A stretch of DNA of 64,000 nucleotides from contig CM022672.1 in the NCBI GenBank assembly GCA_012295275.1, positions 17,670,001 through 17,734,000 on the forward strand, read 5' to 3'. This DNA is from Chrysomallon squamiferum (lineage: Eukaryota; Animalia; Mollusca). The notes under the pieces are model-generated. The model did not search any database. It was not told where the DNA came from and saw nothing but the letters and a program-made list of their open reading frames with translations. A program made the translations under genes and the position numbers. Positions 28,330-41,752 of the stretch are shown here, one piece after another (the first letter of the stretch is position 1; each line of letters begins with the position of its first letter).

Positions 28330-31300
28330 TTAAGCTACAGACTGGCCAAGGCGAGTGAAAGTACCGTAACATTCTTTATCGTGTGCACAAACATCGAGAT
28401 TCCGTGTTGTATCTCCGTATGTGTGGCCAAAAGCATAGCGCCTCCCTGTAGAAAGGAAAAAAGAACCCATTAATGTCATTAAGAAATAACTTACAAGGGG
28501 TCCAGTCAAAAAAAACTTAAGAACATTGCTTTCATTATTAACATAAAAATATATTAATATAGAAACAAGTGTGATCAAATATTTGAATCATATCTTTTTT
28601 AACAACTAAATAAAACGTAGAGAGAATGAAGAATGTTTTTTTATTAGTTTTTTGTGTTCTTTTGTGTGACTATTAAAGATATATATATATAGTGTATTGT
28701 TACTATGCTTTCTTTAGGAATGGCTGCAAGAAAACCTACTTGGAACATATCCTGTGTACTTTGGTATCATTCCATCATTAACATATATCCTTTTGCTGAA
28801 GGACATTGGAGCACTCTTTGCTCTCTGCAGATCACTTCTAGTAAACCTTGTCAAATAAATAAATAAAATTAAACATCTCACCATGGCTTGGATTAAGAAA
28901 AACAAATACAGTTTTTACAGAATAGAACTTTAGCTTGTTCAGACGTGATTATTATAAAATCAGCATTTATTAACATAATGAAAAAATTTATATCAGTGTG
29001 CTGAAGTAAGATAGCATTTTTTCCATTTCACAGTGTTTTAGAGGCATATAAACCTTTCATTACAAACCTTTCAACACTCTGAGTTCTCTGAAGTCGGGCA
29101 TGTCGATCAGTTTCTTGTGCGAATGTTTCGAAACCTTTCTTGGTGCACTCGTGGTACCTACACCCCAAACCAAGCTCAGTTGTGCCAATTCTTGGCACAT
29201 ATCCTTGATATCCAGGCATGGGTGGTTCCAAAAGAGGTCGTTTATCCTCTATGAGAAAAAAAGGCACAAAACAATTTGACATAAAGTTACATTTTTAATG
29301 AAGTGTATAAATTTTCAATTTTACTGATTTTTCTGAATTTAGCGTTTTTGCATTATAATGGTTGGAAGCACTATCAGGTCTGACTGAGCTAATGCATACA
29401 TTAAAACATATACTGGTTTGGCAATAATACTGATACCATGTGGCATAATGTTCATCCTATCATTTTACCTCTCACTAAGAAAGAAAATTAATTTTAAGAT
29501 AATTATACGGTAAATATTACTACTTTTTTTTAAAGTCAAATTTCTGCAAAACATATGAATATAAAACAGATTATTTTCTCTCACCTGTAAATGTTGGTTT
29601 TACAGGGTGAGTATCTCTGTAGAGGTTCAGTTTGTCTCGTACTACAGGGTCATGTAAAATGGCTGTCAGTTTAGGGTAACTTAAGATTTGTCGTCGGAGA
29701 TCTTGTGTTTGGAATTCTTTCTTTTGTTTTTCCGTGATAAAGTAATCAACACATAAATCACATTCATTCTTGTATGTCGATCCAAACCTGAAAGGCATGC
29801 TGGGTACATAACCTGCAAAGAGACTCTGATTATCAAAGTTGACTGTAGATGACCTATTTTATTTTTTCAAATTAATATTTCTTTAACAACACATATCTAT
29901 ATTAACCATTATATTCGTGTGTTGTACTGTATGTCAATACACAAGATATTTTCACCTACTGAAAAACAAGGAAATATTATACACCTCTATTAACTGATAA
30001 ACAAAAATATATATATACCTGAAATGCCACTAATGATTTAAACATCCACGATAAACAGGTTGATCATATTATTGTAAGGCTTTGAATGGCCATTCCTATC
30101 ACTTAGCCACAGTTTTCCAGTTATCTATTACAATCAACTGATTAAATAATTTTTATGTGTGCTTCTAAATCTAATTAATTTTACAAAAGCTGTCTGCTCA
30201 TTTGGACCATTCACATAGACAAATTTCAAGATTAAATAATTAAAATGTTCTGCTGTTTCTCTACACACCTGTATATCCTGGCACCATTTCCTTTGTATAT
30301 TTGTTGTCACCAGTCGGATCAGGCAGTTCATTTTTCAGAGTTTCTGGTGGACAAGGACTGGCAAATGTAGTGGATCTGCTGCTTTGGAACTTCTTTATTT
30401 GTTGTTGTTTTTTTGTGTAGTTTTTTTTGTTGGTGGATGTTTTTAGTTAGTTGTTGTTTTTAATTTTTTTTTAAAAAGGAAGAAGAATAAAGACAAAACA
30501 TGAAAATTAATAAGAATATCATGTTGATAGATTTGGAGACTGTATAAATTAAAATATATACATATATATGTAATATTATATACATGTAAATAGATAGATA
30601 GCAGACAGACATAGAAATGTTTTAATAATCAGAATAATATATAATTTATGTTTAATGATATGGAGAATATTGTAAAAAGCAAGAAAAAAAATCAACAATC
30701 TTTTCATTAATAGGGTAAGTTTGAGCAACATAAAAAAACAAATTAGAGAAACTATTATAGATATACATCATTGTTGTGAGAAAATCACATAATACCATGC
30801 CTTGCAGTCACATCCAAGCAAATGAATTTGAGAAGAAAATAAAACATAAAAAGGATCTGATATTTGAATGTCGTTAATTTAAGTTCAGTATTCATGTGTT
30901 TTAAGAATGACATTAAGCTCATTAAATAACAGAATGATATATACTTGACTCTAAATTTATGTTACTATAGAAATTTAGGACAGTTACAATGTAAACCTTT
31001 AACAGTAATAATGAGAACACTAAAAATGCTAATTTATAATCTCCAGTAAGTAATAAGCTTACAAACAACTCACTTCAATTAACACAATAAATAATGTGAA
31101 AAAAGGTAATTAGACCTTTCAGGACACACTATAATTTATAATATGTAAATATTCCATGTACAAGATTTGTTTTTTAATTAATACATGTATAATGTATTTA
31201 ACAGATTATAGTTAAGAACGTATATATATATATATATATATCTATATCGTTAAGAATGTAGATCAAAATTAGACATAGCTGGCAGTATTCAACTCTTCAC

Positions 31301-34300
31301 AAAAAAGATAAAATATAACTATGGATGTTATTTCTTTAACAATATATTCTTTATGAAAAACCACTTTACAACTCAGACATTATTGCTTGTGACTGAAGAA
31401 GTCAAACATTTAGATTTGGCAAAAACATGATAAGATTCTTTATTAGTACTGGGGGTGCTGTTTTTGCTGGCTGCTTTTGTGTGAGTTATGATGGCACCAG
31501 ATATTTTTGGTTCGTTTCAGTTTTCTTTTTTTTTTGAAAACTTTTTTTTGGGCTGAGGATTAATGTTGTCTCAGATAAAAGATTTTGAGATTTCATAAAA
31601 ATCATGTACCTGGCATTTTCAAATGTGGTCAGTTCCAGCTGGATGCCAAATAAAACACGAGCCAACGATCAGCTTTAGCTTTTCTAAATGGAGTCCAGCC
31701 AACCACTGAACAATTAACAGATTTAGTTTTCAAATTGGAGAACTGTTCCAAACTCATAAGATCTGGCATTTAAAAGCAGTTAAAGGATTTAAGTACAGGG
31801 CTTATGCTCATAACAATATGACTTGCAGCTGTGGTTTCCAAATCAAGCCCAAACAGGTTCTTATCATATTTTTGCCTAATCTAAATGCTCTGTGCTTCAC
31901 TTCTTCAATCACAAGCAATGCAGTCTGAGCTGTAAAGTGGTTTGTTATAATTCCTCGTTTGAGTCTTTGTGGACACAGCTGGCAAGACAAACAACTGTTG
32001 TCATTTCATAATACCTACATATCAGAATTCTGAGTGGTATGGGGAAAAGCACACTATTTCAACTGTACAAAGGCTATCACGTACAGTAGACCACATATGA
32101 TATATTTTATAAATTGTCACACTACAGTAAGTATGTAAGGTAGTACAACTTCTACACTAAGGTAAACAAATTCAGACATTTATAAATAGGACTGCTATTG
32201 TACATTAAGTAAATGGTTTAAGTGTAAAAAAAGTGTAAATCAGTACATATACATTTCCCACTTGTATCTCTAGATTACACTGCAGTCACACACAAGCAGA
32301 CACTGAAACCAGCCTAGAAGGGTTCTGATTACTGACTGTCATCTTGTTTACAAGACAAAAATGACACTGCCTTATGTACATTTTAGTTATTATGTTTTTT
32401 CTTAAGTAACATCTAAATTAATGTATATTTTACTTTTATTTCGACAGCAGAGTTTATACTGCTGGCAAGTTTCCAGTACTGATTCAAATACATGACAAAG
32501 TAATTGAATACATTACATAATCATTTAAAATTTAAATTATTTATTTGCAATTTTAAATTATTTATAAATTATAATTATATATATATATATATATATTAGT
32601 ATTATTTATTTTAACATTTTCTTAACTTATGGGGGTGTAACTTATGTTATCACTACCATAATTATAATATAAATTGTTCTTGTTTTTCATAATTAATGGA
32701 AATACTGTTCTGAACAGTCAACAAAAGATATTTTTTTTACATATTACTTCGGTGCATTTCATTATTTCAAGACAGTGTATTATCTATTTATTTATTTGAC
32801 AAAACCCTTGGAGATACTCAACCCAGATGTTCAGTACAGTGTTCAGTACAGTGATATGTGTCCATTTATACAAAACAATATCTGCTGTGTAATATAACCC
32901 CATAAAAACTGTAAGCAGCTCACTATGTCATGAATTACAGTCATACATTTTTATAACTTTAAAATCACTGACAAGCACAATTTGTTGAAGTGAGACTGAT
33001 AAACAAACTTTAAAATTTATTTATTTATTTATTTATTTATTTAGTTGTCTCAGGTTATCATAATAAAAATATTTTTAAAAAATGTATTTATCCTGATGGT
33101 GTATATATTTTCTCTTCACAAAGTAATTAATTAAAATGTGTAGATAAATATATCACCAAGTACACGAAAAGCTGTAATTATATATTTCCTGATTACTATA
33201 AAAATATACTTTTTTTGAGTTTAGTCTAATTTATGTTTACATAACAACATTAAATCAACTTTTTACAAATTTATTTATTTCTTTTTTATTATTATTATTT
33301 TATTATTGTTTTGTTTTTTTCTTGTGTTGTTCTTGCTGTTTGGGATTTTTTGTTTATATAAAACAACATATATTTTAATTTAAAAAAAAAAATATAATAA
33401 AAATAAATATTTTAACTTCAGTAATAAAATTTTACCCTTAAATTGTATTTGAACACAAAAGCATTTCATTTATAATAAAGTATTAAATACTCAATTCAAA
33501 TATGATAAAGAAAACAAATAAAGGTACTTTTTTCAAAAACTATGAATTTTTTTTTTTTTTTTTTTTTCAAATCTATTCTCACAAAATTAGAAAAACAAAG
33601 TGGAAATAAAAATTATTACTAACCTCAGCCAGTATATCATGTGTTTCATTTCCATATGTTTTTCCCATTCTGTACTTGAGATGTGGTATATAACCCCGGT
33701 ATCTGAAAACAATGAAATGATGCAGTATTTATTTCATATGTAGCAAATTATTTCACAATATATTATTTCTTAAATAACAACAATACAATGTACTTTAAAA
33801 TGTGTCTAAAAAATGTGTATGAATTCTACAAGATACTAATTAACAAAAAACTTAATGAAATGGTTTTGACAATTATGTTTACCAACACATTAAAAATATA
33901 AGAAGAAATTGAATCATTTTGTTTGTAATTCAGAGCAAAGTAACAGTATATGTATTAATTTTTTTTTTTTTTTTTATTTACTTAAATTATTAAAAGTTGT
34001 ATTATCTGGAGATTTTCTTTTATGACATTTAAAAAAAAAAAAAAAATGTATGTTATATATATTATTTATATTCACCATTTGTGAAATGAATATGATCACA
34101 TGTAGTTTTCAGTCTCTTACTCTTTGTATTATTCTAGATTTATTACCTTATTATTTATTACATTCTTGGTTTATGCACATATTATGATAATCATTATTAT
34201 TATATAACAGAGACATCAATATCATTTTGAACAGTTTACTTTAATAAACTGGGCTATTTCTTGCTTAAGAAGGAGGTTTTAGAAATAATTTTGGATAATT

Positions 34301-34480
34301 TTTCTTTAATATAATGCATGGCATGATTCTTATAATTCGCAATATCATATCGTTAATTGCTTATCAAATTCAACTTTCAAGTTACTAAACTTACCCTGGA
34401 ACTTGAGTGCCATCTTTAAATGCGGCAAACGCTCGTCTCTGTTCAATCGTGGGACCTCCTCCAAAAGCGGTCGTCGTCAT
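28330..34480 (-). CDS. C10orf82/SPMIP5-like (FAM166/CIMIP2-type PGYxGYxP repeat) ciliary/sperm microtubule inner protein, ~306 aa, 7 exons
   Basis: Exons 34480-34395, 33702-33624, 30392-30269, 29812-29585, 29248-29068, 28846-28740 and 28445-28330 join in frame (921 nt). Four repeats: VPGYRGYIP, VPGYTGYVP, MPGYQGYVP and IPKYTGYVP. RPLLEPPMPGYQGYVPRIGTTELGLGCRY resembles the C10orf82 segment [29 protein letters not shown] (recalled). The exon 3 and exon 6 acceptors are uncertain by a few codons. Confidence 0.8.
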
Positions 34481-34599
34481 TTTGCACAGAATACAACCAA
34501 ACACCTTTTTCTTCTTTATTTTTTTTTATTCTCACCTTTAACAATAACAGATGTGTGAACCCTCTTTACAAGTTTGTCTGTGTATGCCCCTTTCCGCTC

Positions 34600-34634
34600 G
34601 TTACCGATGACGCAACATCGTTGCTATGGTCAAG
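34600..34634. promoter_or_regulatory. Putative RFX X-box motifs in the divergent promoter between the SPMIP5-like and TRPV genes
   Basis: GTTACCGATGACGCAAC (34600-34616) and GTTGCTATGGTCAAG (34620-34634) resemble the X-box GTTNCCATGGNAAC. They lie 120-150 nt upstream of the ATG of a ciliary gene. Confidence 0.5.
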
Positions 34635-35646
34635 TACCGAAGAGCCAATGAAATATCTTCTTATATAACGGAAATTGTCCCGACGTTTTCAGGACAGTGT
34701 TATAGTCTCTATCAATAAATCCGTTCTAGTAACGGAAAAATTAATGTAAAAACTACGTCTGTATCTAAACTAAAAGAATGAAGAGTAATAAAAATATTAA
34801 ATCTGTATTATGACAACAGTCTTACAGATATATGTTTTCCAAATTTCAAATGATTTATAAAATGTATGTATTCATATTGTACATTATAAAGTATATAAAA
34901 TAAATAAATAATAATAACAACAAAAGAAAGCTGTTTGCATAAAGTATAAATCATAACTACATTTATTGTCAAGAAGAACTAAGAATTCTTCATAATATCA
35001 TTGTGAATCATGTACAAACCAATTCAGTCAATAAATAAATGTCTGTTTTACGAGCACAAAATTTGTGTTAACGGTTATTAGATAACAATGAAATAAAATA
35101 TATGCTTATATAAAGAATAGTAATAATAAATGTAAGAATAAAAAAGTATTCATTGCCGCCACTCCCTGTATGACTGCTAAAAATATTTTATATAAATAAA
35201 AAAAATAAATAAATAAAATTAAAAATTAAAAAAATAACTTACTACAGACTTTGATTAATTTCATGAAAAAACACAAGAAAACATCCGCTGCCTCCAGTCC
35301 CCGAGTTTCTGATGCCGATCAGCTAGGAATTGTTAATGCATGCAAGCTAGTAGGCACTTACAGAATCACATACCTGTTTTAAATGTAAAGAAAAATAAAT
35401 AATGTTTTACATCTAAAGATGGCAGGGGAAAATATTACTGCATAGTATTTTATTATTATTATTTTTTTTATTTACAATTTTTGTAAACAAAGATAAATTG
35501 AAACTGATTATAACATATAGTTTAAAATAATTATGGTTGCTGAGCAGCCATTTTGACGCTAACTTTAGGAAGTTAAGAGTATCAAAACTATACGCACTTC
35601 TCTTTCAGTCTGATCAACCGTTTTTAGACACTATATAATTATTAAT

Positions 35647-38600
35647 ATGGAGGTTACCAAAGGCGTTAAAAATCAAGCTAACAATGAATCTAATGATTTG
35701 TATAGACTTGTTGATTTGAAAGGAAATGGCCACTTAGTTAAATTAATGAAGAATGCCAGATGGAGCAAAAACTACACTCCTGTGAATGAGGCCTTGGAAA
35801 CTGATGTTTTACCATTTTTAATAAAAAAAGGAGAGGGTGAAGAAGTTTCAATTACCGATTTAGTAAAAGCCAGAAATGAAGAAGCAGGCCGACCTAAACC
35901 TAAAAACAAAACGCCAGGAAATCAAAAAGAAAGTTATATACCAAAGAAACCAGGTATTAATATGTTTTAATAACAAGATAAGTAATATTTTTGAAATACA
36001 TATACATATTGACATTGGCGGACATTATTATACTACTCAAAGCCGCCCAAATTCTCCACCAAAAGAACATAAATTGAAAAATCAACAATAACAATTTATA
36101 TATAGGGCCTACATATGGAGCTGAATAATAGATTGTTGCTATATAATAATTATATTTTTACTATAATAAAAATTATTTAAATTTTAAGTAAAGCAGAGTA
36201 AAAAACCTTGTGTACAAATTATATCAATCACAATCACTGTCTTGGTTATTCTGGTTGTTTTGCACCTGATCATAATACAGTTTTCTGAAACAAACATGGT
36301 AATCTGGCCAATTAGGGTACTAGGAAATAACATGGGGGGTATCCAAGTGATGAACCATTATAAATATATATATATATATATAAAATGGAGATAGAATCAG
36401 ATAGACACATATATACACATAATATTGTGTAGATTCCGAGAAGATTTAAGCCTGACTTAAAACATTTATTTATATTTGATTCCTTTGACTGCATATTCAG
36501 ATTAAGTGGATGTCTTTACAAGTACTTAATGTAGAAATTTTAAATGCTGACTGAAATAATAAAAAATAAAGCCCGAATATAGTGTCACTGTAAAAATATT
36601 CTTTTATTTTCTTTTTAGTTTTATTCGTAACTCCTTTATTTAGAATTTGGTTTACACTTTTCAAAAAATGAATTTTCTTTTTTTAAATCTTTTTTCTAAA
36701 AAAAGTAAAAAGAACACGCACAGTATGTTGGGACAGAAAAAAACGTGGAACGGTAGGAGAATCTATACTTCATCTTTGTCTTCTTAACTCAACAATCGTG
36801 CACGCAGAATTGGCAAAACGTCTCATCAACAGGTTTCCCAAACTTGTTAATGATATTTATTTGGGAGATGAGTACTATGGTAAGTGATTCATACAATTTT
36901 TTTTTATTAATTACTTTTCAGACTGTAATCAGTAACAAAGAGTCAAACGATAATAGTAGTGTAAAGGTATTTTCTTCCAGGACACTCAGATATGTTCATA
37001 CAAAATTATTTTGTAATATAGCTGCACAGTATATTAAAGTGTTTTTGTGTAACAGTAAAAGCAAATGGCATAAATCTATTTTGTATCCTTTGAGTTATTG
37101 TTAATAACAAGGTATTAAAATGAAGAAGCCTTGAGATTGGAATTTTTTTTTTTTTTTTTTTTTTTTTTTGTAACTTGAAGAGAAAGGATGTAGATAGTTC
37201 ATTATTGTAGTACATCCTATGTCTATCAGGGAGTATTTTTATACATTTCTTTACGGAAGTCAAGATAAAAAATAAAAGGTTTGTTATTTTATTGTTGTAT
37301 GGTATTACCAGCAAAATTAAAATGGATGCAAGAAATAACAACTAAAAAATAAAAAAATTTAAAAAGTACCACCAGTTCTTTAGAGGTATGCAGAAAGTGC
37401 TTTGACCTTTTTTCTTTCCACCATGCAATTTCTGATTTGAATTATTAAGAGTAATGCATATCTAAAATAATAATAATAATAATAATAATAAATAATAATA
37501 ATAATAATAATATGTATGTATTTAGAAGTCAAATCACTAGTTAGTAATTCAATTTCATTCAGGTGAAAGTGCACTGCACATGGCCATAACCAATGAAGAT
37601 CCAGGAATGGTGAGATTTCTACTTAATAAAGATGCTGACTGTCATGAACGATGTTGTGGTAACTTTTTTTGTCCAGATGACCAGAAAGATTCCAGGACAG
37701 ACAGCCTGGAGCATGAATGGGTAGATGTGTGTGAGAACACAAATTATGAAGGGTAAATCAATCACATTTATACAAGTACTTACATAAAGTTTTGTTTATT
37801 GTTTTTCTCAAGGCAAAAATTCACCATCATATTTTATGAAAACTTTGAAATCTATCACTTTGAACGCTTTCTCTCTTAATTATGTCTCAGAGAAAAAAAA
37901 GAAAAAAAAAAAAAAAGAAATGCCACATATTTAAACACTGATGAAGAATATATTAAATATGTTTCTATATTATGTTTTGTTTATTTGTTATTATTTTTTT
38001 TTAATTTCTGTCTTTAATATTTTGCTGTATAGTTGTTTAAATTATATTTATTTAATTATATGTAGTTATTTAAATACTTTTTGTTTATATATTTAAAATA
38101 TTTTTTTATATATATTTAAAATGTTTTTAATGATTATAAATACATTTTAAAGCACTAGTATTCTTTTCTTAGACATTTATTTAATTTTTTCTAGTGGTTA
38201 TTTCGAATGCTTTTTTTTTTTTTTAAATTCCTGAATTTATTATATGTTTTTGTAATGCAGCCATGTCTATCTTGGTGAATACCCACTGAGCTTTGCAGCA
38301 TGCTTAGGGCAGGAGGAATGCGTACGACTTCTTCTTCAAAAGGAAGTAGAAGTGAATCGTCAAGATGCAAATGGAAACACTGTTATGCATATGCTTGTTA
38401 TTCATTCAAACAAGGTAATTTTGATGACTTAGTACCATCATTCTTCATAAATTTTTAGAATATTACATTCTGTGTCATTAAAAAAAAAAAAAAATGTATT
38501 TCTGGGATGCAGGCCAGAGCAGATGCCATTTATACAAATAAATCATTTTATAATTACAACAATAAAACAAAACAATTAAGTTAATTTTAAAGGAACTTAA

Positions 38601-40846
38601 TGCAGTAATAATTACTGATGCCGAATGTAGAAAGCTTGATGTTTTTTCATTATTTTTTTATTTTTAATATTTTATTATTATTATTAATATTATTATTATT
38701 ATTATTAAAAAATACTGTTAATTTTTGGGGGGCAGTTTACAGTTACTTAGTTGTGTATTATTTGATAGAGTATGAGGTATTACTAGCTAACAAATGAAGT
38801 ACAGATGATTACAGATTCAGAATACAGGCAATTAGGGATGGTTAATGTCTCGGGCAATATGAAAGAACAGTTAGTTACCAGTAGTAACACATTATTTAGA
38901 GGGACTACAGATCACTGCTAAACAGTGAAATTTTTATAAAATCATTTAGTAATACAGTATAGAGCATCATTAATTTCTATTAAAAGACTACTTTTGCTAC
39001 AGAAGAATGTTGCACATCATATTCAAAGATAAAAAGTTATATTACTTTTTTTCTTCTCATTTTATTATAAATCATTGTGTTCCAGATAAGATTTGAAATA
39101 TTTGTTAGTTACATACCAGTATTATTTTATGTTGATTATATTTCATTGTTTGTTTTGTAGGATAACCCAAAACTGTTGGTGAGTTGATTGTATTAATTTT
39201 TTTTTAGTTACTAGTACTTTGTTGCAGCTGTTAATGATAACCTGTATCTTAAATAAAAAAGGACACATTTATACAGATACTTCTGTCATTACATCAGAAA
39301 AAAAAAAAAATTGATGTTTTTTGAATTTTATAATGCATTCAACATGTTTTATTTATGGTTACCTGAAGTCAGACATGTCTTGGGCTACTCTTTACTAATT
39401 ATTTTTGAATACATCACCCTATAGCATGTGACATGATAATACACACCACAGTCTTTGTTACAAAGCTCTGATGCACTAGTTGGGGATAAACTTCAATACA
39501 AAATTTCAAACCAGATGTACGAATATTTATTTATGCTTTATGAAGCTTCATCTACTCAGATATTACAAATCTCAGCATTATTTAGCTGACTCCTGGGTGG
39601 TTTTTTTTTTTTCTTTTTTTTTCTTTTTTTTCTTCTATTTTTCTTGGGGTTTTTTTTTTTCTGTTTTTTTTTTTAATGTGTCAAATAATAATATAACCAA
39701 CTAATTAATTCAACAGGACATTTTTGACCTGCTACACAGCAAAGGTGCTAAGCTAGATATCAAAAATAGACAAGGCCTTACTCCATTGACTCTTGCAGCT
39801 AAACTTCCACGTAAGAAGGTTTGTACTTACAGTTATTTGTTCATTCAGGATTATAATGCGTCTGTGAGTGTGATATAATTTTTTATTTTTATTTTTCCTG
39901 CTGTATTTAATATATTATAACTGTTAAAAGGATGTACACCTTTCTTTATTTCTTTTCATTTTTTTTTTTTTTTTTTTTGAACATTTTAAAAACAGAAAAT
40001 TCCATGAACAAGTATGTACTTATAACTGTTTGTTGATTCATGGTTATAACTTGTTTGAGATGGTTAATTTTTTTTTTATTATTATTATTTATTTCTTTTT
40101 TTTTATTGTTTTTCTTCTGTTATAATTTATACATAATGTGTCATAATTTTTCATGAGGTTGTTTGCCATTGTAAAATAATAATAAAATAAATGTGTTAAG
40201 TTTATATTAATATAAATACTTTTGATGAATACACATTTTTACATGTTCTAATGAAATATTAAAATTATTTGATAATGGACAGGTTTTTTGTTGTAGTCAA
40301 ACCTGTTGCTGGGGTATAAATATTTCTTATCTAATATTTTAGCAATACTGTTTTCCAAAAAATACAGATGTTAATTTATATACATAAATAATAATAATCT
40401 TTGTACATTAAATTTCTCTGTAATCTGCACATAAATTCATAATTGAAAATTGTAACTCTAATTATTTGGGTAATGATTTTTATTTTGAATATTATGTCAA
40501 GATTATCTCAGTATGGAAATTATAATAATTACACAAAAATCTCTGAAGAAATGTAAAATACAAGTTTTGATTTTGTCAGCCTGACATTTCAAAGTTAGAA
40601 TTGTGTAATGTTTATATTTAAAACAAAGTTTACTATTCTCTGTCATTTGAAGTAAGTGGCGTACCCTTTAACTGTAATTTGACTTTGTCCAGTTGCATTT
40701 AGAATTATTACATAGGAAGCTGTAAAACATGTTCTTAAACTGAAAATTTTAAAGAATAAAAGTAACAGTAAACAAGTAGTATAAAGAAGAAGAGAAATAT
40801 TTTTTAAGACAGAGTAATAATACTAATACTAATAATGATGATGGTA

Positions 40847-40884
<38 letters not shown>

Positions 40885-41718
40885 AATAAATAAATTAAAT
40901 AAATGTATCCATGGTTAAATAATATTTGGGTTAGTTTGAATAGTTTTTCTTTTTTTCTTCGAAAATGTTCTGTTCATGATTTCTTTTTCAGATATATGAA
41001 CATATTCTGGAAAAGGAGCGTACAGTACACTGGACATTTGGTAAAACAATGTGTGCGAGTTACCCTCTCAAGGAGATTGACACCATATCTAGTGACGGCG
41101 AAATTAACAAAAATTCCGCCCTTAATCTTATCGTGTATGGGGTTAGTGCATTTCCTGTTAACTAATCCATCGCTTAAGTTAGTTATCTGAGCACGTAATA
41201 TTTAGTGGTTATTTTTTTTAACAATTTGACCATTATTATTGTTATTATTATTATTATTATTTATAAAATAATATTGTTTCTTCTTTTAATAAATGATGTC
41301 TGGACAGATGTTTTAATCCATTTTATGAGGGCAGCCGGTGATAAAAACATCTTTATTACTGACTTCAGATGCTTTTGATTACAGGAAAAGGCAGAGCATT
41401 TGGACATGATGGTCGGCCTTGTGGTCAATCTCCTGGAAGATAAATGGAAACATTTTGTGAAGAAAAGGTACAAAAATACAACTGAGAGAAATGTACTTTG
41501 AAGAATAATTGATTATTTTTATTTATTTGTTGTTCATTTTAGACAAAAGTAAGCCACAAAACTAGATTATAATTTTTTTTTTTTGTGAAATGTTTTAAAA
41601 GGTTAAAACATCTTAAAGTAACTGTGAATAATGTTCATAATATTTTTTGAATGTTGATGTGAAACTTTATACATACATACCTATATGCATGTGCAAGCAC
41701 GCACGCACACACACACAT

Positions 41719-41752
<34 letters not shown>

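Noticed and set aside
31600-32060. GC-richer stretch in intron 2 of the SPMIP5-like gene, including ORF 31808..31990
   Set aside because: No recognisable homology or clean splice boundaries, and the gene model is complete without it. Possibly an old transposon remnant.
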